A stretch of DNA of 64,000 bases from Nitrospirota bacterium (lineage in GTDB: Bacteria > Nitrospirota > Nitrospiria > Nitrospirales > NS-4), in the NCBI GenBank assembly GCA_963788195.1, contig CAWBGA010000013.1:320001-384000 (forward strand), given 5' to 3'. This document shows positions 20,910-30,655 of this stretch, piece after piece (position 1 is the stretch's first letter; every line of letters begins with the position of its first letter). Below the pieces are notes generated by a model. The model was not told where the DNA came from and ran no database searches. It saw nothing but the letters and a program-made list of their open reading frames with translations. The translations under genes and the position numbers were made by a program.

Positions 20910-21317
20910 ATGCCGTCCAGCCCTCAGGAAGAATCCAATCGCCAATTATTTCTCAAAGCTCTTCAGAAAGATCCCATCCAGTGCCCACGGCCCGGCTGCG
21001 GCGGGTCAGTACTGGCTCAGGACCTCTCCGCCGTGCACGATCGGGTGAAAACGTTCGAACTCAGGTGTGAGCGCTGCAACGGGAAAGATCAGATCGCGGG
21101 GCAGGAAGCGCCCGCGCAAACCTGGGACGATACAGCCCTTCTCGACATTGCCTATGAACACCTCATGCATCAACCGGCGATCTGCCCGCATGACGGGATG
21201 ACGGTCGTCTTTACATCCCTACCCAATCCACGGCGCAAGGCCAGGTATCGGCTGTCCTGTTATTATTGCGGGCGTCAAGCGGAGATCGACTGGCCTCCGC
21301 AGGAATTCAGGCGGTAA
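20910..21317 (+). CDS. double zinc-ribbon hypothetical protein
   Basis: CPRPGC..CERC and CPHD..CYYC; abuts the previous stop codon. Confidence 0.65.
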   Translation: MPSSPQEESNRQLFLKALQKDPIQCPRPGCGGSVLAQDLSAVHDRVKTFELRCERCNGKDQIAGQEAPAQTWDDTALLDIAYEHLMHQPAICPHDGMTVVFTSLPNPRRKARYRLSCYYCGRQAEIDWPPQEFRR

Positions 21318-21323
21318 GAGCGG

Positions 21324-21728
21324 TTATGGGGTTTCCGTCGGTTTCAATACCATCATGAACCGGTCCACGTCGATCGGTTTGATGATGTAGCTGCTCGCGT
21401 CAAGATCAAAGCTTTTGTGAATGTCTTTCTCGGCCTCGGAGGTTGTCAGAATCACGACCCGGATGTCTTTAAGATTGGGATCGCGGTTGATGTCAGTGAG
21501 CAGTTCCAACCCGTCCTTTTTCGGCAAGTTGAGATCCAACAGCACCAAGTCCGGGCGAGGCGCATCGGTGTAATGACCTTCCCGTCGTAAAAACGCCATG
21601 GCCTCCACGCCGTCTTTCACCACGCTAAGACTGGTGGGCACTTCGACTTCCTTCAGGACCTCGACCGTCAATCGGATGTCCCCCGGGTTGTCCTCGACCA
21701 AAAGAATTTCGACGGCGCGACCGCTCAT
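21324..21728 (-). CDS. Rcp1-like single-domain response regulator
   Basis: ILLVEDNPGD, PRPDLVLLDLNLP, VILTTS, YIIKP. Confidence 0.9.
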   Translation of the reverse strand: MSGRAVEILLVEDNPGDIRLTVEVLKEVEVPTSLSVVKDGVEAMAFLRREGHYTDAPRPDLVLLDLNLPKKDGLELLTDINRDPNLKDIRVVILTTSEAEKDIHKSFDLDASSYIIKPIDVDRFMMVLKPTETP

Positions 21729-21775
21729 TGTCGAAATCCCCTCACCGCGTGGTTGTGTCTTTCCGTGATCGCCTC

Positions 21776-22192
21776 CTATGCGTCCTTGATGGAATTCATC
21801 ACCATCGTGAGCCGCTCCACATCGATCGGCTTCGTAATGTAACAGTTTGCTGCAAGATCAAAACTCTTATTAATGTCGGGCTCGGCCTCCGAGGTCGTCA
21901 AAATGACCACCGGTATGGCCTTAAAATCTTCAGTATTTTTGATCTCATTCAACATTTCAAGCCCGTTCTTCCTGGGTAGATTCAGGTCAAGCAAAATAAG
22001 GTCAGGCCGGGGGGCATCGAGATACTGCCCTTCCCGACGTAGAAACGCGATGGCTTCGACGCCGTCTTTCGCCACGCTGAGGTTATTCTTGACCTGCGCT
22101 TCTTTGAGCACTTCAGCGGTAAATCGAACATCCCCCGGATTGTCTTCGACGAGAAGAATCTCCATCGGTTTGCCGTTCGTCTGCGTGGTCAT
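21776..22192 (-). CDS. Rcp1-like single-domain response regulator (tandem paralog)
   Basis: same motifs as 21324..21728. Confidence 0.9.
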   Translation of the reverse strand: MTTQTNGKPMEILLVEDNPGDVRFTAEVLKEAQVKNNLSVAKDGVEAIAFLRREGQYLDAPRPDLILLDLNLPRKNGLEMLNEIKNTEDFKAIPVVILTTSEAEPDINKSFDLAANCYITKPIDVERLTMVMNSIKDA

Positions 22193-22318
22193 TTACCTCG
22201 GTCTCCTGTCTTTATAGAACGACAAGCGCGATCAGTGGTTCGAACGTATTGATTATGGTGGATTTTGCCCAGACCGCAACAGGCCGTTTGGTATACCGTC
22301 AATACTTTCGGGGCTCAC

Positions 22319-22909
22319 TCAGAGGCGAAGCACGTGCACCAGGATGCCGGTTCGAGTGCTGGTTTTGGTCTTCGCCATGATGTGCTTGATGTGCTCTTTG
22401 ACCGTCTGCTCCGTCACCGTGAGAGCATTAGCGATTTCCTTGTTGGTCCAGCCTTTGAGGAGGTGTTGCACGACAGATACCTCGCGATCCGTCAAGCGAA
22501 ACAGCTCCTTGGCTTGTTCCATGATTGCCTCTTGACGCCGTCCGAGCTCCTCGATCGTGATCAGGATTCTGGACTTGCTCCCTGGCTGTTCCGGAAGCCC
22601 GAACCCGCACAGCAGCACGGGCCGGTCGGGGTCTCCGATAACGCGCTTCATCCGAAATTGCTCCCAGTCCTTGGCTTCGGTGCGAACCTGCAGCATCTTG
22701 ATGATTTCGGTACAGAGTTCGACCACCGGCGGGGGAAGACCCCCGTGCGCGCTCTTGTTGCCGCGGCCCTTGTTGATCCGGCCAAATAGCTCCCACGTCG
22801 GTCGATCACTATAAAGCAGCTGCATCGAGGAGGACAACATCAGGATCCCGGGGCCCATCCGCTTCTCGGCAATGCTCTCTGCGTGATCGTACAGATTCTC
22901 GTTCATCAC
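22319..22909 (-). CDS. orphan LuxR-HTH transcriptional regulator with PAS-like N-terminus
   Basis: LTDREVSVV..GWTNKEIANAL..TVKEHIKHIM. Confidence 0.88.
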   Translation of the reverse strand: MMNENLYDHAESIAEKRMGPGILMLSSSMQLLYSDRPTWELFGRINKGRGNKSAHGGLPPPVVELCTEIIKMLQVRTEAKDWEQFRMKRVIGDPDRPVLLCGFGLPEQPGSKSRILITIEELGRRQEAIMEQAKELFRLTDREVSVVQHLLKGWTNKEIANALTVTEQTVKEHIKHIMAKTKTSTRTGILVHVLRL

Positions 22910-23003
22910 CGGTTCTCCCCGGGGTAAGGCGCCGGAAGTGTAACAACGATACTTTGGTTAGACAAGCAGAGCACTTCTCCTTAAGGTCAACATCACGGCC
23001 ATG

Positions 23004-23762
23004 TCAGTGATTGCAGGCCGGACCATGCTGATGGGCGTGCCCCTGCGTCGGCCGGAGCTCCGGGACCGCCGAGCCCGGCAGCACGAGGCGGCTTTTTCCC
23101 CGCTGAGTTTCCTCACGAATCGCGGCGGAAACATCCTCCTCGCCCGCGACAACGATCCTCGGCTGGTCCGTCCCCTGGCTCGTCAGGTGCGCGGCGACCG
23201 CAGGGTGGTCTGCTGAAAAGCATCCGATAAGACCGGTAATGAAACGATTGGATTGAAGCCCAGTGCCTGAGAACTGGGTGACCAAATGCAGGGCGAGGTC
23301 GACAACCTCCTGTGCCTCTTCCTGACCGATTTTTTCCTGCGCCAGGTATGCTTTGAACTCCTTATGCAGATACTGGGAGAAAGCCGGGACAGTCGGGGCC
23401 GGGAAATGCAGCGGACTTAACAGCCGCCGGATGAACTCGAGTGCTGCAATCACCTCGCCGTCGAGAGCTGTGGATTTGTCGTGAAAGTAGCTGAAACAGA
23501 CCACCTCAATAAGGTTCAGCAGGCCAGTGGCCTTCTCTGTGCCGACCTCCAATAGCTGCTGATACGTTCGCCGACGGTCCTGACGGAAGAGTTCGCCCAC
23601 CCGGTGGCGTTGGTAGTCCGTGCCGGCCTCGAGATAGGGGCAGTCGGGCGGGCAGTGCAGAGTCGTCAAGCGATATTCCCCGCAGCACGCGGAGCAGATA
23701 GAGTCTGTCAGAGCGGGGCAGAAACGTTTGGCTTTCGCCGTATGGCAATAGGCGCACTTCAT
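23004..23762 (-). CDS. Cys-rich (putative Zn-binding) hypothetical protein with His-rich tail
   Basis: MKCAYC..RFC..ICSACC..HCPPDC; ends HAHQHGPACNH; TAATG coupling to the upstream gene. Confidence 0.7.
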   Translation of the reverse strand: MKCAYCHTAKAKRFCPALTDSICSACCGEYRLTTLHCPPDCPYLEAGTDYQRHRVGELFRQDRRRTYQQLLEVGTEKATGLLNLIEVVCFSYFHDKSTALDGEVIAALEFIRRLLSPLHFPAPTVPAFSQYLHKEFKAYLAQEKIGQEEAQEVVDLALHLVTQFSGTGLQSNRFITGLIGCFSADHPAVAAHLTSQGTDQPRIVVAGEEDVSAAIREETQRGKSRLVLPGSAVPELRPTQGHAHQHGPACNH

Positions 23763-24689
23763 TATTTCATATCGCGTCCGAGGCCGTTGATCTCCGCAAC
23801 ATTTGCGGCAAGATACGGCACCAGAATGACATGGTGTTTGCGGTCGACCGCCAGCCCGGCCGGCGTTGTCAGAAATTCGGCGATGGTATGAATCCGCAAT
23901 TGCGGGCCAATCCGAAAAATTTTGCCTTGGGAGTAGTCCGAGACGTACATGCTTCCACGACCGTCGAAATCGACGCCCATGAGGTTGCCGAAAGCGCGAG
24001 TTGAAAAACGAGTTCGAAAACAGCACCTTGATCGCCCCGTCGGCGGAAATCTCCAGAATACTTCCCGTATTCCAGCTGACGACGATCAGGGCGCCGGTTG
24101 AGGGATGCACCGCAAGTCCGTGCGGACCCGCCAGTGCCTTATTCTTGACGAACACGACCGGGCGGCCGGCGGACCGCAGGTCAACTTTATAAATCGTGTC
24201 GGTGCCCGAATCCGCGATATACAGCAGCCCATGGCCGTCGGAGGCCAGTCCCGTGAGAAAGTCCACCGGAAATGCGCTCAGGTCCACCCCCGGCACCGGG
24301 CGGCCCGATGGCAGCTCAAACCCGCGAACTTTATCAATGTCGGATACGTAGAGCGTCTTTCCCACAAGAGCCAGACCCCGGGGCGCATCGAGGGTCACTT
24401 TGTTTTGGCCACCTTCGATGAACTTCAGCTTGGTGATCTTGCCACCGACGTCGAGCTGGCTGATGAAGCCGTTATTATCGTGGCCGTCGGGGGCGCCATT
24501 CTGATTTGACACGTAGTACGTATCGGTGGCGGAATCGACGAGGACGCCCGCCGGATTGCTAAGGCCCGTAACTTGGAGGGCACGGGGATCGGTGGCCAAG
24601 GCGTGGACCCCCAAAACCGCCCAACACAGAATTTTAACAATACGCGTCACGACGCAGCGTTCACTCCGGTTTTTGGCACGAAACGTCAA
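23762..24689 (-). CDS. SMP-30/gluconolactonase-like secreted beta-propeller, indel near 23990
   Basis: GLSNPAGV, DNNGFIS, LDAPRGLAL, PHGLAV repeats; continues in ORF 23762..23980. Confidence 0.8.
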
Positions 24690-24823
24690 AATGTACTCCG
24701 ATTCTTGACTCCAAACAAGGGCCCTTGTTATGGTGCAACCTCACGCCCAAACAGTCTTTTCGAACCCTCTTCCCGTAGAAGAGTTATGCGCTTACGGGCG
24801 GGGCCATGGTGGCCGGAGGAACA

Positions 24824-25693
24824 GTGGCGGCTCAGCTGATCGACGGCAAAGTGCTTTCACAGGCAGTGCGGGACAAAATTGCCCAGGAGGCGGCCTCGCT
24901 TTTCGCCCGGAGCGGCGTAAAGCCGGGGCTCGCGGCGATTCTCGTGGGGCATGATCCCGCCTCAGAGCTGTATGTAAGGAATAAACAGAAGGCCTGCGAA
25001 GCCGTCGGGATCTATGTCGCCGATCATAAGCTGCCTGAAAGCACCACGCAGGAAGAGTTACTGGCACTTATCGGCAAGGTCAACAAGGACCCCCGGATTC
25101 ACGGGATCCTTGTGCAACTTCCGCTTCCCAAGCAGATCGACAGCAAGGTGGTGCTGGAGGCGGTCTCGCCGGAGAAAGACGCCGACGGTTTTCACCCCTA
25201 CAACATCGGACGGCTCGTCGAAGGCCATCCGCTATTTGAGGCCTGCACGCCGAAGGGCGTCATCCATATGATCGAGTCCACCGGCACGGGCATTGCGGGC
25301 AAACGAGCCGTGGTTGTAGGCCGAAGCAACATTGTCGGAAAGCCGGTGGCGCTGATGCTCCTGCATCGCCATGCGACGGTGACCGTCTGTCATTCAAAAA
25401 CCAAGGATCTGCCGGCGGTTTGCCGCGAGGCCGACATTCTGGTGGTCGCTATCGGAAAGCCCAGGTTCGTCACCGCCGAGATGGTCCGTGACGGCGCAGT
25501 TGTCGTGGACGTAGGCGTCAATCGCATGCCAGACGGAAAATTTGTCGGAGACGTGGACTTTCAAGCGGTGAGCACAAAGGCTGCCTGGATTTCGCCGGTA
25601 CCGGGTGGTGTAGGTCCTATGACGATCGCGATGTTGCTCCAGAACACGCTGGAGTCCGCGCAGCGTGCCGCGGTTGCAGGAGGTGACCGTTAA
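24824..25693 (+). CDS. folD: bifunctional methylenetetrahydrofolate dehydrogenase/cyclohydrolase
   Basis: YVRNK, GILVQLPLP, KDADGFHP, GRSNIVGKP, SPVPGGVGPMT. Confidence 0.97.
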   Translation: MAAQLIDGKVLSQAVRDKIAQEAASLFARSGVKPGLAAILVGHDPASELYVRNKQKACEAVGIYVADHKLPESTTQEELLALIGKVNKDPRIHGILVQLPLPKQIDSKVVLEAVSPEKDADGFHPYNIGRLVEGHPLFEACTPKGVIHMIESTGTGIAGKRAVVVGRSNIVGKPVALMLLHRHATVTVCHSKTKDLPAVCREADILVVAIGKPRFVTAEMVRDGAVVVDVGVNRMPDGKFVGDVDFQAVSTKAAWISPVPGGVGPMTIAMLLQNTLESAQRAAVAGGDR

Positions 25694-26578
25694 GTGTCGA
25701 TCCCGCGGTTACAAGAAGCCTTTAACTCCGGCACATTCGTCACGACCGTTGAGTATAATCCGCCGAAAGGCACGGACGTCTCCACGCTCTTGGAGAACGC
25801 CAAGTCACTGGTCGGCAAGGTCCACGGCGTCAATGTCACGGACAACACAGCGGCGATTCTGCGGGCCGGGTCTATGTCGATCTGCCGCCTGCTGTACGAA
25901 ATGGGACACGATCCCGTGATGCAGATGACCTGCCGCGACCGCAACCGGCTGGCGATCCAGGCGGATCTGATGTCCGCGCACATTCTTGGGATACGCAACG
26001 TCCTGTGTCTGACGGGCGACTACCCGACGGTTGGCGATCACAAGGAGGCGAAGCCCGTCTACGATCTGGATTCGATCGGGGTGATGCACCTCATCCACTC
26101 ATTGAATCACGGGAAGGACATGGCGGGGCACAAGTTGTCCGGCATAACAGATCTATTTGTCGGCGCCGCCGTGACACCTGAGATGGATCCCCCGGGCCCG
26201 ATGATCGCCAAGTTTGAGGCCAAGGTAAATGCCGGGGCCCGTTTCTTTCAGACCCAGGCGTTCTATGACGTCGACCGTTTTAAGGCGTTCATGCAGTCGG
26301 TGCGCCGTTTCCCGGTGAAGGTGCTTGCCGGGATCCTGGTGCTACGATCGGCGAAGATGGCTGAGTTCATGAACGCGAACATTCCCGGCGTGGCCGTACC
26401 GCAGGAACTCATCGACGAACTTCGAGCCGCGGGCGATGAAAAGGCGCTCGATGTCGGCGTGCAGATTGCCGTGCGAATGATCAAAGCGGTGCGCGGCTCG
26501 TGTGACGGCGTGCATATCATGGCGATCAAGGCCGTAGACCGGCTGCCCGAGATTCTGCAGAAGGCGGAACTTGCATGA
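25694..26578 (+). CDS. metF: methylenetetrahydrofolate reductase
   Basis: EYNPPKG, TCRDRNR, LTGD, FFQTQ. Confidence 0.92.
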   Translation: MSIPRLQEAFNSGTFVTTVEYNPPKGTDVSTLLENAKSLVGKVHGVNVTDNTAAILRAGSMSICRLLYEMGHDPVMQMTCRDRNRLAIQADLMSAHILGIRNVLCLTGDYPTVGDHKEAKPVYDLDSIGVMHLIHSLNHGKDMAGHKLSGITDLFVGAAVTPEMDPPGPMIAKFEAKVNAGARFFQTQAFYDVDRFKAFMQSVRRFPVKVLAGILVLRSAKMAEFMNANIPGVAVPQELIDELRAAGDEKALDVGVQIAVRMIKAVRGSCDGVHIMAIKAVDRLPEILQKAELA

Positions 26579-27363
26579 CAGTCCCGGAGCTTCAACAACG
26601 GAAAGCCGAAGGCCGCAAGATCGTCATGGTCACGGCGTACGACGCGCTGTTCACGCGCATCATCGAGGAAGCGGGGATCGATACGGTACTGGTGGGCGAC
26701 TCGTTAGGTGTGGTCGTGCAAGGAAAAAAGGACACCCTGTCGGTCACCATGGAGGATATGCTGTATCATACCCGTCTGGTCGCCGGCGCCGCGGTACAGG
26801 CGCTTATCATTAGTGACATGCCCTTTCTTTCCTATCAGGTCAGCGTCGAGGAGACGGTGCGTAACGCCGGCATGTTTTTGCAGTCGGGCGCTGCGGCGGT
26901 CAAGCTCGAGGGTGGAGAGTCGGTGCTGGATCGCGTGCGTGCGCTGAACAGCTTCGGCATCCCGGTGCTCGGCCACATTGGGATGACGCCGCAGTCCATT
27001 CATCGCTACGGCGGGTACAAGGTCCAAGGCAAAGGGAAGGAGCCGGCTGCGCGTTTATTGGCTGAAGCCAGGGCCCTGGAGGAAGCCGGGGCGTTCGGGG
27101 TGGTGTTGGAAGCGATTCCGACGGACGTGGCCCGTACGATCACCGAAGCCCTGTCGATCCCGACCATTGGAATCGGCGCGGGTCCGCATTGCGACGGCCA
27201 GGTGCTCGTGCTCTATGACCTGCTCGGGCTCTTCGATGAGTTCAGGCCGAAGTTTGTCAAGCCCTACGCCCATCTGAAGGCCGACGCGTTGCAAGCGCTA
27301 CGGCGCTATCGCGAAGAGGTGGAACAAAAGAAGTTTCCGACCGACACTGAGAGCTACCATTAA
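26575..27363 (+). CDS. panB: 3-methyl-2-oxobutanoate hydroxymethyltransferase
   Basis: TAYD, LVGDSLG, AVKLEGG, GHIGMTPQ, DGQVLV. Confidence 0.97.
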   Translation: MTVPELQQRKAEGRKIVMVTAYDALFTRIIEEAGIDTVLVGDSLGVVVQGKKDTLSVTMEDMLYHTRLVAGAAVQALIISDMPFLSYQVSVEETVRNAGMFLQSGAAAVKLEGGESVLDRVRALNSFGIPVLGHIGMTPQSIHRYGGYKVQGKGKEPAARLLAEARALEEAGAFGVVLEAIPTDVARTITEALSIPTIGIGAGPHCDGQVLVLYDLLGLFDEFRPKFVKPYAHLKADALQALRRYREEVEQKKFPTDTESYH

Positions 27364-27391
27364 TAGGACTGTACACGTCACGCATCGAGCT

Positions 27392-27469
27392 GTCCCCATC
27401 GTCTAGTCTGGCCTAGGACGCGGCCCTTTCAAGGCTGCAACACGGGTTCAAATCCCGTTGGGGACACCA
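27392..27469 (+). tRNA. tRNA-Glu(TTC)
   Basis: GTCCCCA...TGGGGAC acceptor stem, CGGCC-CTTTCAA-GGCTG anticodon arm, TTCAAAT T-loop, encoded CCA. Confidence 0.96.
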
Positions 27470-27680
27470 CAATTTTAAAAGACTTACAGCCTTTCTCCCT
27501 TTTGACTGAATCTTATGGGTGCCTAAATAGGGGGAACCCCATGCTCTGATTGCGCGAGAAGCGAGCATTTTTTCGTTTCTAGAAGGACCAAAAATTGCCC
27601 CAAAGTGTACTATTATATTAGCTTAGGTATTTAATTTTGGTTAGGTGACTGATTTTACGAAGAAGTTGGATCAGTTTTTC

Positions 27681-27695
27681 TGGCACAGCGCTTGC
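27681..27695 (+). promoter_or_regulatory. sigma54 -24/-12 promoter of pilin
   Basis: TGGCAC-AGCGC-TTGC about 40 bp upstream of the ATG. Confidence 0.8.
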
Positions 27696-27735
27696 GCTAT
27701 CCCCTCTTCAGCAACCGGCGAACAAGGGGGCGAGC

Positions 27736-28323
27736 ATGTCCAGTCGTATCACAGGTCAAAAAGGTTTTACGTTGATTGAGTTGATGATCGTCGTGGCGAT
27801 CATCGGGATCCTGGCGGCGATTGCCATCCCGAACTTCGTGCAGTATCAGTTGAAAGCGAAGACGTCTGAGGCCAAGACGAACGTCCAGGCCATCAGGACC
27901 GGCATGATAGCGATATCGGCCGAGCGGAGCTGTTCTCCTTCAATAGCCGCGGCCCCGTTGGCGATGCCGGTTGGGGGCGCGGTCACTGCTTGGCCTCCCT
28001 TTGCGGTGGCTACGACGGCTGGTCTTTGCGCGCCGCCTCCTGCTGTAGGTGTGGTCTATGCCGGTCAGTATGGCGATATTGGGTTCCTGCCTGCAGGCTC
28101 TGTCCGGTACTGGTATAACGTCGCATCCTTCCCGGGTGCTGCGACTGCCACACCTGGTGCCAATGGCTGCGCCAATCCTACGACCCCCGCGGCGGGTGCT
28201 GGAGCGGTGGGTAATCTTGGCTGGTTGGTCACGGCTGTCGGTGATCTGGATGGTGTGGGCGTTGCTGGCTACCAAGTGGGAGACACCGGCGGATTCCAAG
28301 ACTGCAATCCTGGTCAGTTCTAA
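27736..28323 (+). CDS. pilA: type IVa major pilin-like protein
   Basis: QKG|FTLIELMIVVAIIGILAAIAIP class III signal; 4 Cys in the globular domain. Confidence 0.9.
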   Translation: MSSRITGQKGFTLIELMIVVAIIGILAAIAIPNFVQYQLKAKTSEAKTNVQAIRTGMIAISAERSCSPSIAAAPLAMPVGGAVTAWPPFAVATTAGLCAPPPAVGVVYAGQYGDIGFLPAGSVRYWYNVASFPGAATATPGANGCANPTTPAAGAGAVGNLGWLVTAVGDLDGVGVAGYQVGDTGGFQDCNPGQF

Positions 28324-28599
28324 GTAACATTGAGCGCTCCCCGCCAGGGACTGCGAGTCTTTGGCCGGGCTTTAAATCCCCATCACCCCTGCCAAACGCC
28401 AAAGAGCCTGCTTTTAGGAATTTCCTAGAATATGGTTCCAGTGCCCAAATAGTGCCTATCACCAGTGTTTCCATATAGCCTTCAGACTCGCTCTCATGCG
28501 TATTGGTTGGCCCCTTAGTTGTTGTATTCATCTTGTTCCTGCACGGTTGTGACACTCAGTGTCATTCGTAGTCTATACCTGTAAAGTCCCTCGTAGGCG

Positions 28600-28641
28600 C
28601 TTTCAAGGCTGCAACACGGGTTCAAATCCCGTTGGGGACAC
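28600..28641 (+). repeat. att-type duplicate of tRNA-Glu 3' half
   Basis: CTTTCAAGGCTGCAACACGGGTTCAAATCCCGTTGGGGACAC is identical to 27426-27467. Confidence 0.93.
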
Positions 28642-28743
28642 TATATAAGTAGGTGCGTCGTTGAGGAGTCAGGCTGCCCGAGGCATCGCCGCCGATACAA
28701 CCAGAATACGAAAAAGTGTAACGTCACTGGTTTTCACTTAGCC

Positions 28744-28842
28744 CTATCTCTTCCATCGCCAAATCACCCATCCAATGAGAAGAAGGGGCACGATGACGAG
28801 AACGCCCCCCAGGATAACGGTTGCATCGAGCAGGAACGGCAT
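28744..28842 (-). CDS. possible 32-aa single-TM small protein
   Basis: MPFLLDATVILGGVLVIVPLLLIGWVIWRWKR; TM segment plus basic tail. Confidence 0.3.
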   Translation of the reverse strand: MPFLLDATVILGGVLVIVPLLLIGWVIWRWKR

Positions 28843-28940
28843 TCAGCCATAATGACAGCCAGGCCCCCGAAGACGATAGTACCCAAAGTGCTGCATCTCT
28901 AGGATTTCTCTCAAAGTGCTCTTAATAGTTCGAAAAGGAT

Positions 28941-29348
28941 TCAGCCCTCAGTGCGGTCGAGATATTGTCTGTAGAAAGTGACTGCTTCGTGTTTGGGGAG
29001 CATGCGACACCATTGTAAATGGCCGTCACGCACTTGAAACACATACCAACGACCTCTGCACTCTTCGAGATGGGTACCGGTGTATTCCGCCCTAATCCGC
29101 TGGCCAATAGTCGGTGCGTCGACCTTCCAAATGTTCGGTCGTCGACCGCCAATCGAAATGCGATCATTGGTCGTAAGAATTTCTTCCACATCTTCGGCAC
29201 AGGACATTTCCACGATTCCCACGATACAGTTACCATTGTGATCGTTCACAACTTTGGCATGCAGGACTGGGCCGATCCGTTCAAAGACATTGCGGAGGGC
29301 ATGATCGGTCGTATTCGGCGGGAGAGAAGTCACGTGCAGCTTATTCAT
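28941..29348 (-). CDS. RRM RNA-binding protein with extra C-terminal segment
   Basis: KLHVTSLP..LRNVF..GPV..AKVV..VGIVEM, degenerate RNP motifs. Confidence 0.7.
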   Translation of the reverse strand: MNKLHVTSLPPNTTDHALRNVFERIGPVLHAKVVNDHNGNCIVGIVEMSCAEDVEEILTTNDRISIGGRRPNIWKVDAPTIGQRIRAEYTGTHLEECRGRWYVFQVRDGHLQWCRMLPKHEAVTFYRQYLDRTEG

Positions 29349-30055
29349 GAGGAACTCATCTTACTGGGAAAGGAGGATGACCTCCGCATAGCCTTCGTAC
29401 AATACCGACCTTCGTAGCCAGTATATCTATTAAGGCGTGAAGGTCACCTTCACTCTCAACTGAGGTCCCATCTCTTCTCAAAGATTTATGCGAGTTATTT
29501 CTCCTGAGCCCGGCCCAAACGTGACGATGGGTGCTGAGCTAAGAAGCGCTCCGCGACGGCGTCGTCAATATAGCAATCGGCAATCCCGGTGCATATGCGA
29601 GTTCTGTGACTTCTGAAGACTGACCCGAAAAGAGGTTCTGCAATGCCGAAAAGAGGTCCTGAAAACTCAGGCACTTGCATCATAGAACGATGTCCAGCGG
29701 GATGCCTGCCTAATTATATGCATATTCTAGCTGAAGAAAAATTTGTACATTTTAATGTCCGGCGTGTCCAAAGGAAGGAGGAAACTGCGAGATGACTGAT
29801 CAGACTGATATTTACCAGTAATCAGTCATTCTGCTCAGTTGGCTGAAGGCAGAGAGATTATTCCTGACCACAGTGTGTAACCGACGTTCTAATTTGACCA
29901 AAATCAAGTCTGAAATAGGCAGCACTTGTCCTGGTTTGACAGGCCATGTCTCTGGCTCAAAACCTGCAAGGAAACCGGTGGGGTGCAGGTTCACCTGCGC
30001 TTCGGAGAGGGATGCCCACCGCCGGGAGTGGAACCTCTAGGAAGAAGGAGACCAC

Positions 30056-30655
30056 ATGGACCACGCCTTGGATGTATACGCCGAAGATACCCAGTCTATA
30101 GCCCAACTGAGGATTGGCCATGGCATTCTCCTCGTCAGCGCCAGTGGTCACATTCTTATGATAGATCAACGGGCCAGTGAGTTTTGCCGACAAATGAAGG
30201 ACATGACGGATGACGCAGTAGGGGTCTTACCTGTACCACTTGTAAAATTGGTGAAAGAGATTGCCGAGCTGCTCCAATTACGGAGTCATTCGAAGGACTG
30301 GGAGGATTTCAAAGTTAAGCGCGTCATCGAAGGCCGGGAGGGGAAGATCCTGGTTATGGGAATAGGGTTACCAGTGGCGGTAGGGCACAGGACTCTACCA
30401 GCCGTTCTCCTTACTATGGATGTCATCACAGCGCGGAGCACAGCTGTAAGGCGGCGCGAGGATTTTCTTCTGACGCCGAAAGAGAGGTCTGTGGTGGACT
30501 TTCTCTTGAAGGGTTGCACCAATAAGGAAATTGCTGAGGCCACGGGCGTCAAGGTACAGACTGCGAAGGAACACATCAAACATATAATGGAAAAGACTAA
30601 GACAACCACCCGCACAGGAATTATTATGGCTATAGCCGGTCCGCCACAAATGTGA
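30056..30655 (+). CDS. orphan LuxR-HTH regulator, paralog of 22319..22909
   Basis: shared KDWE.F..KRVI and TNKEIA..KEHIKHIM.KTKT.TRTGI; AAGGAG RBS. Confidence 0.88.
   Translation: MDHALDVYAEDTQSIAQLRIGHGILLVSASGHILMIDQRASEFCRQMKDMTDDAVGVLPVPLVKLVKEIAELLQLRSHSKDWEDFKVKRVIEGREGKILVMGIGLPVAVGHRTLPAVLLTMDVITARSTAVRRREDFLLTPKERSVVDFLLKGCTNKEIAEATGVKVQTAKEHIKHIMEKTKTTTRTGIIMAIAGPPQM

Larger units (their letters stand above)
27426..28641. mobile_element. tRNA-Glu-anchored islet (attL 27426-27467, attR 28600-28641) carrying only a pilin gene
   Basis: exact 42-bp direct repeat of the tRNA 3' half, starting in the anticodon loop; no integrase inside. Confidence 0.8.

Noticed and set aside
23004..24689. 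single 561-aa fusion protein from the ORF track
   Set aside because: It is an artefact of an indel near 23990; the propeller ends at 23762, where the Cys-rich gene starts.
24690..24823. folate/ZTP/SAM riboswitch upstream of folD-metF
   Set aside because: The leader is short and I could not recognise the conserved cores.
28600..28641. second functional tRNA-Glu
   Set aside because: Only the 3' half is present; it lacks the D-arm, the 5' acceptor strand and CCA.
22319..30655. LuxR proteins as AHL receptors for the acyltransferase
   Set aside because: Their N-termini lack the conserved autoinducer-binding W/Y/DP/W residues.
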